Shown here one piece after another: positions 26,475 through 40,230 of a DNA stretch of 64,000 nt; position 1 is the first letter of the stretch, and every line of letters begins with the position of its first letter. The stretch spans positions 42,284,001-42,348,000 of the forward strand of contig NC_043005.1 in NCBI RefSeq assembly GCF_006345805.1. Direction: 5' to 3'. The position numbers and the translations under genes were made by a program. The notes below the pieces were generated by a model, which was not told the DNA's origin, searched no databases, and saw only the letters and a list, made by a program, of their open reading frames with translations. Origin of the DNA: Octopus sinensis. Lineage: Eukaryota.

Positions 26475-27361
26475 GGGTCACATATATATATATATATACA
26501 CGTTTAAATCTTTGTTGTGCAAGATTTTTTATGTGAAGTCGTGTGTTGAAACAAATATTGTTATATTTCGGAATGGTCATTTTGCCAGTTTGGCCAATAA
26601 AAATGCACGCACTATATATTTGGTGTTATTTTGCTTCAGTGTTGTTTATTTTTTTACATTAATCTTTATCTTATTTCGGCTAGAGTTCTTTCGTCACTCT
26701 CCTGTGACCGCATCAGTGGTCCTTTGTTTTCTTCTTTCTTCTTTGTGTCTCTCCTTACTAACCGTCAGCCATTTTGTATTTCTATTGTATGTCTTCATTT
26801 GCGCATGCTTATATCTCTATGTGCGTCTATGTTTATTTAGTATGTGTATGTGGGGGGATGCCTGTAATATTTGTATCTTCTGTTTATATACGTTCATGTA
26901 ATTTGTTTTTGTTGTTGTTTTTGTTTATTCTTATTTTGTTCATGTGTTTACATCCACTTATTATCATTACATATGCTTGTATGTATGTATGTATGTATGT
27001 ATAACAACAATATTAGTAATAATAATTATAAATCGAATCGAAAAAAAATATACATATATATAGTTATATATGACCATTCCGAAATATAACAATATATATA
27101 TATATATATGCATATATTCCAACTCTTTAAGTATTATATTCAAAATTACACAGAAGACAAATTTAGTTTACGTCATCCTTGGACAAATATAATAATCTAC
27201 AAGTAAAACAATCGAAGACAGTTTAAACGATTAATCTTGTCCCAAAATAAATGGATGTGAACCTGTGTTAGAAATAATGAAAGGCTTTATATTTTTAAAT
27301 TACAAATTTTGTAAATAAATTAATGAAATAAAGAAAGTCAACAAGAAAATGAATACCATTT

Positions 27362-27600
27362 ATCTTTCATCGTTTACTTGTTTGATTCATTGGACTGTGG
27401 CCATGCTAGGGCACCACCTTGAAAAATGTTCAGTCAAACAAATCGACCCCAGTACTTTCTTTTATAAAGTCTGGTGCTTATTAGGTTCCTTCTAATAAAG
27501 CGCTAAGTTACAGGCACGTAAATAAACCAACACCGGTAGCAAGTAGTGGCGGGAGGGACAAGCACAAATGCACGCACGCACAAACACACACATAAACATA
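27362..27600 (-). mobile_element. SINE family A 3' half
   Basis: TTTACTTGTTT..GACTGTGGCCATGCTAGGGCACCACC..AATCGACCCCAGTACTT. Confidence 0.7.
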
Positions 27601-27644
27601 CACAATATATATATATATATACACACATATATATATATATATAT

Positions 27645-27900
27645 TATATAAAATCCGTTCTGTCTGTGTGTGTCCTCTAGGACCTCGGGCATCCTCCATC
27701 CGATTGCGCTCAAATTTGATATGTAGATACCGACGGTATCAGGGTGTGTATAAGTCTTGAAAAATTTACAAAATCGATTCTAGGTGAGAATGCGATCGAT
27801 AAAGCCGTGGGAACGTGCATTTGTATGCGCGAGTACATCAGCTGTTGTGATTGATACTACATGTACGCGAGAAAATGCACGGTGTCTCAAATTAAGGTTA
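27645..27900 (+). mobile_element. Helitron/HINE-like non-autonomous element, 5' part
   Basis: TATATAAAA..TCTGTCTGTGTGTGTCC start resembling the 5' end of the 49221-49529 Helitron; CCGATTGCGCTCAAATTTG motif typical of DINE-1/HINE-like elements; 3' end not found. Confidence 0.45.
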
Positions 27901-28016
27901 AATCAGTGTTTCTCAAAGGCGAGGCCTATGGGACTGTCGGACAAGTTGTTTTGAGAAAATTTGGTTAAATGTTTGACAACTCACACACCGTCTATTGGAC
28001 GGGAGGCGTTTTGCTC

Positions 28017-28079
<63 letters not shown>

Positions 28080-28287
28080 ACTGATAGCAGAAATTGTTAA
28101 TAATGATGGTTTGCTGGTTGGTAGTTGGCACTGTGGAAGTTGCGATCTGCTAGCAGAGAGAGAAAGAGTAAGGATTGCACTCTGCTGACAGAGAGAGAAA
28201 TGGTAAAGGATACATCGCCGCTTTGATTTGACCGAAAGGTACTCTTCGGTTGCCCACAGAAAGTCATATATATATATATATATATAT

Positions 28288-28400
28288 AAGTTCAGCAAAT
28301 TTAGATTCAGATGGATATGGTACTTAAGTTAAAAGCACCACAATTTAGTATGGTATTATCCATATAAATCAAATGGGGTGATTTTCTTATTTTGATTATA
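28288..28400 (-). mobile_element. Family P element with collapsed hairpin
   Basis: Tail matches 19829-19923; only the CTTATTTTGATTATA arm end remains; (TA)n on both sides. Confidence 0.7.
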
Positions 28401-28434
28401 TATATATACACTATATACTCATGCACACACGCGG

Positions 28435-28580
28435 CGCGGATCTTTCAGTTGTCGTCTAGGATTTCCATCGACAAGGTTTTGGCCAGCCCCGGTGTTATAG
28501 TAGAAGGTTTTTTACCAAGATAATATGCAATGAGAGTGAACACGGAACTACGTGCTTGGGAAGCAAACTTTTCACCACAT
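28435..28580 (-). mobile_element. SINE family A 5' half, degraded
   Basis: TCTTTCAGTT..ACAAGG..TTGGCCAGCCC..GAACACGGAACTACGTG..GGAAGCAA. Confidence 0.6.
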
Positions 28581-28734
28581 CTCCTCGCAGAAGCCAAATA
28601 CGTATGACTATTATTTCGAAGTCATGCACCTTAGAGTTTTATTGTCGTGTTGTTTGTTGTTGTTGTTGTTTTTGTTCTTGTTAAACTTGTTGTTTTCTCC
28701 CTCATAAACAATGATAGGTGTCAAATGGAAAGGA

Positions 28735-28758
28735 GAGGAGAAAACATTGATAATAATA

Positions 28759-28801
<43 letters not shown>

Positions 28802-29760
28802 CAACATGACAAGGAGGAACATCTGCAGTAAGTCAACTAAGTGTTGTGCTGTTCCTGTTGAGTTGCCTGGGCTGCACTTTTTGGAAGGGGGTCATTATCG
28901 ATGGGACGGAGAAACGACGAAGCGGATACATGTTATCGAGCTCTGGAGGATCGATCATGCTACTACTACTACTGCTGCTGCTGCTGCGTCTGGTGGAGGT
29001 GATGGTGGTGGTGACAATGATACGATAATGGTGACGACGACGATGACGACGACGATGGTGGTCGTAGTGGATGTGGTTGTGGTGGGGATGGTTCTGGTGG
29101 AGGCGGTTGTTCTGATAATGATGATGATGATAGTAAGGATGATGGCGATGGTGATAAAGGTGGTGGTGGTGGTGGTGGTGGTGGTGGTGTTGGTGGCGGC
29201 GGATTATGATGATAATGATGATTGTGCTGGTAGTGGTGGTGGTGCTGGTGGTTGTGGTTATGATGATAATGAGGATGACGACGGTGATGATGGTGGTGGT
29301 GGTGGTGGTGGTGACGATGATGATGGTGATAGTGGTAGAAGTTGTGGTGATGATGATGATGATGATGATGATGATATGATGATGATGATGATGAGATGAT
29401 GGTGGTGGTAGTGGTGGTGGTGGTTGTGGTGGTGGTGGTTGTGGTGGTTGTGATGGTGACGATGACGATGGTGATAGTGGTAGAGGCTGTGATTATGATG
29501 ATGATGAATGAGGAGGAGGAGGAGGAGGATGGCGACGATGACGAAGGTGGTGGGGTGGGGTTGACGATGATGATGGCGATAGTGGTAGAGGTTGTGTTTA
29601 TGATGACGATGAAGATGATGGTGACGATGATGATGGCGATAGTGGTAGAGGTTGTGGTCATGATGACGATGAAGATGATGGTGACGATGATGATGATGGT
29701 GGTGGTGATGGTGGGGTGGTGGTGGTGGTGGTGTGGTGGTGGTGGTGGTGGTGCTGCTGT
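28735..29760. repeat. Low-complexity trinucleotide region (AAT, GAT, GGT, GAC) with a 60-bp internal duplication
   Basis: Simple repeats explain ORFs 28647-29399 and 28969-29805; a 60-bp unit is duplicated at about 29563-29690. Confidence 0.85.
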
Positions 29761-30066
29761 TATTGACAGGAAGGAATGTTGTAATGTAGTAAGACAGATA
29801 ATCATGGCAGATGTTTTGCTATTGAATATTGATTAAACGGGAATTATTATTTTAATTAGCGTTCCATTTGATATCAACAGCGAACGAGATAATTGCTTCT
29901 ACGCAGACACACCCATACGCGCATGCATGCATACAAACATACACATCCATATACACGCATGCATTCGCACGCAAGGACACGCGCACACACACTCGCGATC
30001 ACACACATACATAGACATATAAACATGCATGTATATATATAAATATGCACACACACCACACACATG

Positions 30067-30097
<31 letters not shown>

Positions 30098-30310
30098 CTA
30101 CATATATATATATATATATATATACCATGACATACATACATAAATAAAGGCAAATATTGATCGATATATATATATGTGTATCTGTGTGTTTACATCCTTC
30201 CCAAGATATAGATATTAGTGTTTTTAAATATATAAATAAAAACACGTACTCGTACTACACTCATACACACACTCTCTGTGTCTGTCACTCTGTCTGCCTG
30301 TCTGTATCTG

Positions 30311-30379
<69 letters not shown>

Positions 30380-30615
30380 CGCTCGTCTCTTTCTCTTGCA
30401 CACGCAAACACAGGCAAACACTTATTATATACGCTTGTATATCTGTGTGTGTTCGTCTGCCTATCTGCCAGACAGTCGGTATGTATCGTTATATATTAAA
30501 GACTATATCATAATCCACATTTGTATTTATATATATATGTATATACACGCATACGTAAGATATACATGCATACGTGCATTTATGTACAATATTAATTATT
30601 TATACACACACACAC

Positions 30616-30668
<53 letters not shown>

Positions 30669-30672
<4 letters not shown>

Positions 30673-31503
30673 CATGGATACATACATACACACGCATATG
30701 TATACAGTATGATCTAACATATATGATGAGATATATATGTGTGTATGTGCGTGTGTGTGTATGTATATCATATAATATCATATAATATTATATATATGTA
30801 TATGTTTGTGTGTGTGAATCCATGTATACCGCATACTATATATCATCATCATCTATCTATCTATATATATATATATATATATACACATACATGGATACAT
30901 ACATACACACGCATATGTATACAGTATGATCTAACATATATGATATGAGATATATATGTGTGTATGTGCGTGTGTGTGTATGTATATCATATAATATCAT
31001 ATAATATATATATATATGTATATGTTTGTGTGTGTGAATCCATGTATACCGCATACTATATATCATCATCATCTATCTATCTATATATATATATATATAT
31101 ACACATACATGGATACATACATACACATGCATATGTATACAGTACGATCTAACATATATGATATGAGATATATATGTGTATGTGCGTGTGTGTGTATGTA
31201 TATCATATAATATCATATAATATATATATATATGTATATGTTTGTGTGTGTGAATCCATGTATACCGTATACTATATATCATCATCATCTATCTATATAT
31301 ATATATATACACACATACATGGATACATACATACACACGCGTATGTATACAGTATGATCTAACATATATGATATGAGACATATATGTGTGTATGTGCGTG
31401 TGTGTGTGTTTGTATATCATATAATATCATATAATATATATATATATATGTATATGTTTGTGTGTGTGAATCCATGTATACCGTATACTATATATCATCA
31501 TCA

Positions 31504-31510
<7 letters not shown>
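30669..31510. repeat. Tandem repeat, ~210-219 bp unit x4
   Basis: CATACATGGATACATAC starts at 30669, 30888, 31104 and 31314; units are built of short microsatellite blocks. Confidence 0.9.
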
Positions 31511-31542
<32 letters not shown>

Positions 31543-31893
31543 TGTATTGTGTGAAGGATGTTTTATGCACACACACGCACACATATCCACACGGACACCC
31601 ACACTCACACATACACGCACACCACCACATTCACACGAACACGCGCGCGCACGACTTTATTATTGCATGAAGCATATGGTTTTAAACTGAGTTCCAATTT
31701 AATTAATGATTAATATTTTGAGTTCCACAGTCAGAGACGAGTAAAGTGCATAAAATGAATGAAAGGGAAAAGCAAAAGAACTGCAAACAGCGTTTGCTAT
31801 TTTACCATACTTTGTATATATATGGCCGGAAGTATGTAGATAGATAAGGAGCGACATAGACACTCAGTCACATATGCATACATTCACATGCAT

Positions 31894-31948
<55 letters not shown>

Positions 31949-32186
31949 TATATATGTATATACATATATGTATATACATATATATATATATTATATATAT
32001 ATATATATATAATATATATATAATATATATATATATATGTGTGTGTGTATGTATGTATGTGTGTGTCTGTATGTATGTGTATATGTGTATATATATCTTT
32101 TAATACGCATACACATACATCCACATAAATCTATATGTCTAGTATATATGTATATGTAATCACATTCACACAGAAATTACGTATTC

Positions 32187-32250
<64 letters not shown>

Positions 32251-32251
32251 A

Positions 32252-32301
<50 letters not shown>

Positions 32302-32616
32302 CAGATATGTCACATGTGTAAGGTTCGCAATCATTATATCAACGTCAGTAGCTAGACTAATTATTACATGTTATGATGATGATGATGATGATGGATATGA
32401 TGGGATTGTTATTGGTCTATATTGTTAATTGATGTGAAAATATACCACAAGCTCTTGCAACAGGAAAGGCACTAAATATCAGCTTTTTTTTTAAGGATTT
32501 CGGTGTAATGTCGGCAGCAGCTAGAAATCACAATCAAAAGTCCTTCATATACTTTAACGTCTTAAGAAATGGCATTTTATAAAAGGTAATTTACTTTATT
32601 AATATATATATATATA

Positions 32617-32659
<43 letters not shown>

Positions 32660-32974
32660 ATAGTCACCGCTAGACGCTTTCGATTATAGGTATGTCATCT
32701 ATGATTAACCTTGGGCTAAACAGCACCCTATACATTCCACTTGTTTTAATGATTATAGTGCAGGCATTTTGGGGCACAACCTTCGAGAAATCTTTTCACG
32801 CGAATCGACCCCCAGAATTTAATTCTATCTTCAAAAAACATGCTATTTATTCTATCGGTCACTTTTGTCGAATCGCTAATTAACAGGGACGTAAATACAA
32901 CAACACACGCATATGCACACACACACACAAGCGCGCGCCCACACACACATACACACACTCACACACACACACAC

Positions 32975-33125
32975 GACATTCTTCTTTCAGCTTCCGTCTA
33001 CCAAATCCACTCAAAAGGATTTGGTGGACTCGGAGCTGAAATAGAAGATACATGCCCAAGGACTGAACTTGGAACCATATGGTTGGGAAGCAAACTTCTT
33101 GCGAAACACCGATGCCTGCATCTGC
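32975..33125 (-). mobile_element. SINE family A 5' half
   Basis: CTTCTTTCAGCTTCCGTCTACCAAATCCACTC..GCCCAAG..GGAACCATATGGTTGGGAAGC. Confidence 0.7.
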
Positions 33126-33394
33126 TTCATCGGAAAATTCTATCGGTGTGCTTGGAGAAACGATGAGAGTAACATTAAATGCATGTATAAACATATACCT
33201 CAAGAAACACATATCCCTCTGTGCATGATTGGATATCCAAAGCAGTGTGCTATTTTAAGTAATTTGCAGCGAAACTTAAACCAATAGATATAATGACGAA
33301 CACAACTTGAGTATACTCAAAATACAAAAGAAAAAGAATGACAGTAAAAGACACATAAAAGATCCCATATCAAGTAAACTATAAATTACAATTC

Positions 33395-33945
33395 TGTCCA
33401 TGACGAGCTGGTGCAGTTGTAGATTCATTGCACAAGAGTGTTGGGCGCGGCTGCTATCTACTCGAGAGGTTCGGGCCTTTTAGGTCACTGGTCCTCCCTG
33501 TCCCACTCTATTAATGTGAGACTTGGACACTGTCCGGAGCCCTTAGGAGCCGCCTGAACTCCTCTGGTGCCAGAACGCTTCGCAGGATTATTGGTGACTC
33601 CACTTAGAAATTGGGATGCATCCTGTTACCTGTACCGTTCGGGAGCGCAAACTCTGACATTTTGTCCATGTTGCCCGATTTTTCGATTTAGACCCCTCTT
33701 GCCGAGTTCTGTTCCTGTTCAATGAGGGTCTAGCTGGATTGACGGTTCATGTTGGTCAACTAAATGCCACATGGACATGACAGTTGTTGAAGTATCTCGC
33801 ACTGATGGAGGCTGAGTGGGACTCTGAATGATGGGTCACCCGTGTGGACCTAGGAACATACCGACAAATGGTGAAGACATCAACACGCTGCTACGGTGCA
33901 GGTCCCCATGCCTGACCCATCTTCATGATTATAAGAACGAAAAAG
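33395..33945 (+). mobile_element. RTE-clade LINE 3' fragment, degraded
   Basis: Manual translation VRAFRSLVLPVPLY*CETWTLSGALRSRLNSSGARTLRRIIG, then HVAR; matches the RTE ORF2 C-terminal pattern LLYGCETW..LRRI.G..GHVAR. Confidence 0.65.
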
Positions 33946-34204
33946 GAAAGCAGGATGAAGAATAAAAATTAAGTATTTAGGGATATTAACGTGATGAAGT
34001 GATAAAGACTGACCATTTCCGCGGTTATCAACTGTTTACTTGAAAGGGATGTAAAGTAACCTCCGCCTGTTACGACAACATATCTCGCTCAGTTCCACAC
34101 AAGAATCTGCCTCTATACAAAGTTAATTTATGACTGTATAACTTTTTAGGTCCCTTTTGAAACTTTTAGAAATATAAGTTGGTTGGTAAACTTTTCCTCA
34201 CATG

Positions 34205-34258
<54 letters not shown>

Positions 34259-35935
34259 CGCGTGTGTGTGTGTGTGTGTGTGTGTATTCTTTTATATAAC
34301 CACACATATACATATTTATATATATGCATACATAAATACTTCTTTTCTCTACATACACAAATACATACATAGTTGTGTGTGTGTGTGTATGTGCGTGTGT
34401 AAATATTATGTATGTGCGTATGTATGTATCTATAAAGCAAATTTTCAAAGGGATGAGGCAGGGCGAATTCAAATTAAAATTTTCATCTGGTACCTCTTTT
34501 TATCGCCGTAAAGAACAAGAAACCTTGCTACAGAATCACTGAAAGCAAAATTAGGTAACGGCTAATTTATACAGCGAAAAAAAACCTAGTCAAATGTATG
34601 TGGACTGTTCTACGTTTCATTCTTTGTATTTTGACTAAGCATTTCTTAAAACGAAGATCTAATATTAGATGTGTAGGATAAATGAATACTCAGCTCCAAA
34701 TTTTATTGTGTCAAAAAAAAAATAGTAAGAAAACGCAGGTCGAGTCCAGAAGGAATTTTCAATGTAAAATTAATAGATATAACCTTAAAGATTATCACTG
34801 ATTTAAGGACATCATTATTTCCGAATTGCTTGAAAAGGAAAGAGAACATTTAGAAAGACTGAGTAACGCATATAAATGGTCCAGATATATAAAATATAAA
34901 CCCACAAATTATAAGTAGTAAACACATGCCAGAGTAAAAGTATTGTACCGAAGTGTTTTAGGTATTGACATATATTACAGAGACTTTGAAATTATTTGAA
35001 CTACTGCATCATATAATAGCATGTTACCTTAATACTAATTCTTAAAACATATCCTTCAAATTACTAATCCAAACAATGTCCTTACCTCGGTTTTGTATTT
35101 GTATTTGATCCAAACTTCAGCTTCCATGCTCTGCATTAAGATTGCAATAACTTCGTCGACACATCTATACAAGAATAATTGACACATCCATACATCAAGA
35201 ATAATTGACAGTTCTCGTCCATACACAAAAACAATTGTTAATTCTGCTATAGCATTTGCAACCAAGTCTAGTCGGCCGCAAACGTTGGCTAAAGGTACCA
35301 GAACAAAAAAAAAAGAAAGAAAGAAAATAAAGTGATTATATAGGGTTCCTAGGAAATATTACTCTTCTAATAGAAGCCGGGTTAAATATATTTTATTCCG
35401 CATTTTGCCGTTTCTGCAGTAATAGCTTTCTTGCATCCCAATTCGAATAGGAATCTCTCTAAGGCTCCAGTTGTTGCATCGATGTATCCAATGTTAATTA
35501 TAAAAGGGGGACATCCTTGACGACCCAATGATAAAAGGGAACATCCTTGACGACCCAAACGTGTAGATCGAAATGGTTCTGATGGGCAAATATATTTTAT
35601 CTGATCTTGAATAATATGCCAGCGCTTATGCTAACGAAGCAGTTTTCGACTACGTAAATAAAGTCGTCTGCTTGCGTCTTTCCGACCACACTACTTACGA
35701 GCGCCAGCATCTTCCTGAACATCTTTGTCTTCCACCGAGTTATTGGTTAGAAATTATTAATACTTACTTGTCCATGTCCTTCACTGATCTGATCCATACT
35801 TCATGACGTCTGGTATGTCGTCGGCAAACAAATCTGTCGTGTATACATTAACCACACAGATTAGAAGATTCAATTCAGGCGATTTGCCTAGATCGCCGTC
35901 AGCGATAGTTCAGCTATTATTATTCATTCTCAGCA

Positions 35936-36335
35936 AGGTAGCGAGCTGGCAGAATCGTTAGCAAGCCGGGCGAAATGCTTAGCAATATTTCGCCTGCCGC
36001 TACGTTCTGAGTTCAAATTCCGCCGAGGTCGACTTTGCCTTTCATCCTTTCGGGGTCGATAAATTAAGCATCTGTTACGCACTGGGTTCGATGTAATCGA
36101 CTTAATCCGTTTGTCTGTCTTTGTTTGTCCTCTCTGTGTTTAGCCACTTGTGGGTAGTAAAGAAATAGGTATTTCGTCAGTCGTAGCGATCTGAGTTCAA
36201 ATTCCGCCGAGGTTGACTATGCCTTTCACCCTTTCGGGGGTCAATGAATTAGGTACCCGTGGAACACTGGGGTCGATGTAATCGACTATCTCCATCGCCT
36301 CAAATTTCAAGCCTTGTGCCTATTGTAGAAAGGAT
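35936..36335 (+). mobile_element. SINE family B, dimeric form (full copy + headless second body)
   Basis: Head, body and long tail, then ..GTAAAGAAATAGGTATTTCGTC restarting the body; short tail. Confidence 0.85.
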
Positions 36336-37910
36336 TATTTGTTCTCAGCACTCGCGATTCATTAACAAGAGCTTTGGCCAACCACAGATTTATGCCACAA
36401 AGTTAATTTATTTTCTTCGGTCTGCCACTCGTTGCAAGCAGCTGAGCAAAGTACCTTAAGAATGTTACACATATTTGTATGGAATCATTGGTATCATATT
36501 TGTGCGGAATCTTGTATCAGGACACACGCACTTTGTCTCTGACAACGTAACCATTATGCTTCGTGCTGAAGAAATGCGTCATACAATTCTTGTTGCTAGT
36601 ACGTCAGTCGTGAAGCCTATACTAATTATCTTTTCTATTTGTTTCTAGTCTCACTTTCAATTTGCCTTTTCTTTTACTACTTCGTTACTAAAGCTTATCG
36701 AACCCTCTCTAATCGTCCTCTTCACAACACCCCACCTCGGGTTGTTGACGATTGTCCGCCTTTGAAAGCCTTCTAACAAGCTAAACTTGTCTCCATAGGT
36801 ATTTTTGACTATCATAAACTACATCGATTTAATACACTCTCTCTTGTTTAAAGCGTTAGGTAGTAATTGGATAAAAATTTGGCTGGGTTTAACCACGTTT
36901 AGGCTCCTTTGTTACAATAAAGATACCGGTGACATACATGAACAAGTGAAGTAGGAGGAGCGAAACCCGACAGCGATTATCTTTAGTAGCTTCATTCAAA
37001 CTATCACTAACACTAGCTAACGCCATCATCATCCCCGTCGCTATTGCCTACACCTTCGTTATTACTAACACCTATTACCACTATTATAGAAAGCAATAAA
37101 AGTGACCAGAACGTAGTTATAATCACGTCATGAGCAATGTGAAGATAATGGGAGTAATTTTCCACCTTAAAACCATCATCCTTAACACAATCTAAATCAA
37201 CATTATTGTCAGTGATATCAATACCATCAGAAGCGAAATTTGAAAAGAAAAACGAAACGAAAAGAAAGGTCGCTGATAACATTAGTTCAATCTTGCGAGA
37301 TAATCTCTGAAACTGCCATACTCAAGGGAGAAATTGAGAGGTCTATTAAATTGTTCTTGTGCTAACCTAACTGGATATATGTACATTGTAAGGTCATATC
37401 AGACACTAGACCATCAACAGCGACAAAAAGCAGTGATAACAGCAATATCACTAATAGCTATATCTCTGCTGTTGAGAAAGCAACTGCAGCAGCAGCAGCA
37501 ACATCAGTCACAATAGCAATGTTGTGGAGGAAGCAACAACAGTCGTGTAGGAGAATTCCTACTGCGACGTGGAAATGAGCTTCTGCAATTGACATATAAT
37601 GTAAGGATACTATTAAAAGTTAAGTATGGGATTAGCGTAGTTAATCTAGCGAACCATAAACAAAATTATAATTAAAGAAGAATAAAAATCGTTAGTTTTA
37701 ATTTCTGTCAAGAAAGACAAGGGAGACAACTACGAAATTCGAAAGTATTAGAAATTAATGGGTGTCATAAAATGAAGTGAGTTTCTTCTTTCGCTAAAAG
37801 ATGACAATTCCAGGCATGTTTCGCGATTATTAGGCCTCTTCAGTAACACATAGTCTTATTCATCCTTACCAGACAACTGAACGACTGATTCAAGAATTAT
37901 TTTGAATATA

Positions 37911-38330
37911 TAGGCGCAGGAGTGGCTGTGTGGTAAGTAGCTTGCTTACCAACCACATGGTTCCGGGTTCAGTACCACTGCGTGGCACCTTGGGCAAGTG
38001 TCTTCTACTATAGCCTCGGGCCGACCAAAGCTTTGTGAGTGGATTTGGTAGACAGAAACTGAAAGAAGCCCGTCGTATATATGTATATATATATATATGT
38101 GTGTGCGTTTGTTTGTGTGTCTGTGTTTGTACCCCTAGCATTGCTTGACAACCGATGCTGGTGTGTTTATGTCCCCGTCACTTAGCGGTTCGGCAAAAGA
38201 GACCGATAGAATAAGTACTGGGCTTACAAAGAATAAGTCCCGGGGTCGAGTTGCTCGATTTAAGGCGGTGCTCCAGCATGGCAGCAGTCAAATGACTGAA
38301 ACAAGTAAAAGAGTAAAAGAGAGTAAAAAA
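37911..38330 (+). mobile_element. SINE family A, full length, low divergence
   Basis: Complete head, CORE-like segment, internal microsatellite and tail ending GAGTAAAA repeats. Confidence 0.9.
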
Positions 38331-38700
38331 GTATATGATATTACTGATGAGACAATTTGAAGTAATGACAGAGAAAACTTTCCCAAAGGGAAGATAATAG
38401 CCTAAATGTGTAGACTTGGTGAAATTAATTAAGTATTAAAAACTAAGTGTTAAAACCTGGGCTTAAATGTTCACCCAGTCGTTAATATTAGAATATATTG
38501 CTGAACTTCATTCATAAACTGAACCCTTGAAATGTTTCAAAATTTACTGACTTTCAGACACTCCCTCTAAGTTACTATACTGTACTGTAATTTAGGTCTC
38601 ACCCACATGAACCAACGAAGACACATTTATGTATTCACTAAAAAAACAGCCGCCAAATATCCCTTGAAAATATACTCTGTTGTCATTAGCTATCTATCTG

Positions 38701-38792
<92 letters not shown>

Positions 38793-38794
<2 letters not shown>

Positions 38795-39000
38795 CGGGAA
38801 GCTTTATGAAAATAAACAAAATACGAAGGCAGGTGGAATACAAACAAACAATTGTATTAGTATGGCGCTCAGGAATATAAATAAAACAAGTCTTTTACGT
38901 TTCGAGCCTACGCTCTTCAACAGAAAGATACACAGAAAAGAAACACGGAAAGAAACAAGGAGAAAAAAAAAATGCGTGCAGAAGCTAGCGAATCAACATG
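38793..39000 (-). mobile_element. ~200-bp PLE-like terminal element (family HH-A) abutting (TA)n
   Basis: Close reverse-complement match to 57930-58132. Confidence 0.75.
38891..38928 (-). ncRNA. Minimal hammerhead-like motif with CUGUUGA core
   Basis: UCUUU|CUGUUGA|A|GAGC-GUAG-GCUC|GAAA|CGU|A|AAAGA, identical to 57999-58036. Confidence 0.65.
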
Positions 39001-39599
39001 GCGATACCTCTTTATGTGTGTGATGGTGGCAGACCTTGTTTTGTAAGGAGATGAAAAAGAGATGGTTATTCATTCGTTAAGCTACAACAGTGACCTCAAT
39101 TGTTCTAAAATAGTAAGTCAGGAATATCGCCTCTCCACCTCTGTTTGTCGTCAAAGTTAGTTACTACGTGACGTCTGCCACTCGCCATACTGAAACATCT
39201 CTCCAGATTTCCTTCCCCTCAGACTGTTAGCCTCTGCAGTTCATTCTTTCTTCACGTTGTTTCAACGGAACATCAATTACATCCTCCTCGATAGTTTCTC
39301 CTGGTGTGTCTATAGTATTAAAAGATAAACAACCTTATCAAAAAACAAAATGTATTTTTTTTCAAAAGCATCTCTAGAATGTATAGCATTAATCTTGAAA
39401 GATATAGAATATGTCAATATAAATCTTTACAACAACAACAACCGAAGAAGAAATAATGATTTTATACATAATCCCTATCATATAAGGTCGATCAAATCCA
39501 TCTCAGTGCTTGACTTATTTCTCATTTAATCGATGAAATGATGAAATTCGAAGACACATTCGGTCAAATGTAATCGCAAAATAATAATACCATGAGGCA

Positions 39600-40230
39600 T
39601 TGTGACCGGTGCTTTACTGATTCTGCCACCTTACCGATCTTGAATAAGCAATAATAATAGTTTCAAAATGCCTGAAAAGAGATACTCTATATTGATTTCT
39701 AATGTAAGTACACGACTTCGAATTTATCGAACGCGGAAGATGAAAGGCAAAGCCAAACCCGCCAAACTTTGAATCAGAATTTAAAGAAGTAACTACGTAT
39801 TAGTTTCAAATCTTGGTACAAGGCCAGTAATTTTGTGGGAAGGGATAAGTCGGTTGCATTGACCCCAGCTCAATTGGTACTTCTCGAAAGTATGAAAGGT
39901 AAAATCGACCTCGGCGGAATTAGAACTCAGAACATAAAAGCAAAAGAAATGTCGCTAAGTTTCTTCCAGCTCACTACCTTAAGAAGTAACTACATACTGC
40001 TTTCAAATTTTGACACAAAGGCAGTAACTTGTGGCGATGGGGAAGGTTATCCGATTATATAGGCCTCAGTATTCAACTGCTATACTTAATTTATCGACCT
40101 CGAAAGAATGAAATGCAAAGTCGACCTCAGTAGATTTGAAATCAGAACGTAAAAATTGACGAAATACGTTAAGCATGTTGTTCAGCGTGCTAACGACTCT
40201 GCCAGCACACCGCCTTAAGAAGTAACTATA
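39600..40230 (-). mobile_element. Old tandem array of SINE family B plus flank
   Basis: AAGAAGTAACTA recurs at about 39785, 39980 and 40217, each adjoining a minus-strand family B copy. Confidence 0.65.

Noticed and set aside
28800-28960. Unique patch with a GTAAGT donor-like site as a host exon
   Set aside because: A single consensus hexamer is expected by chance; no acceptor, partner exon or recognisable peptide
28647-29836. 250-278 aa ORFs with poly-V/D/G/H/T runs
   Set aside because: Trinucleotide low-complexity sequence open on both strands; no support as exons
35500-35850. Minus-strand LFADD and GRQGC(P/S)L resembling RT motifs, with a 30-bp tandem duplication
   Set aside because: Motifs are in the wrong order for an RT and have no supporting flanking residues
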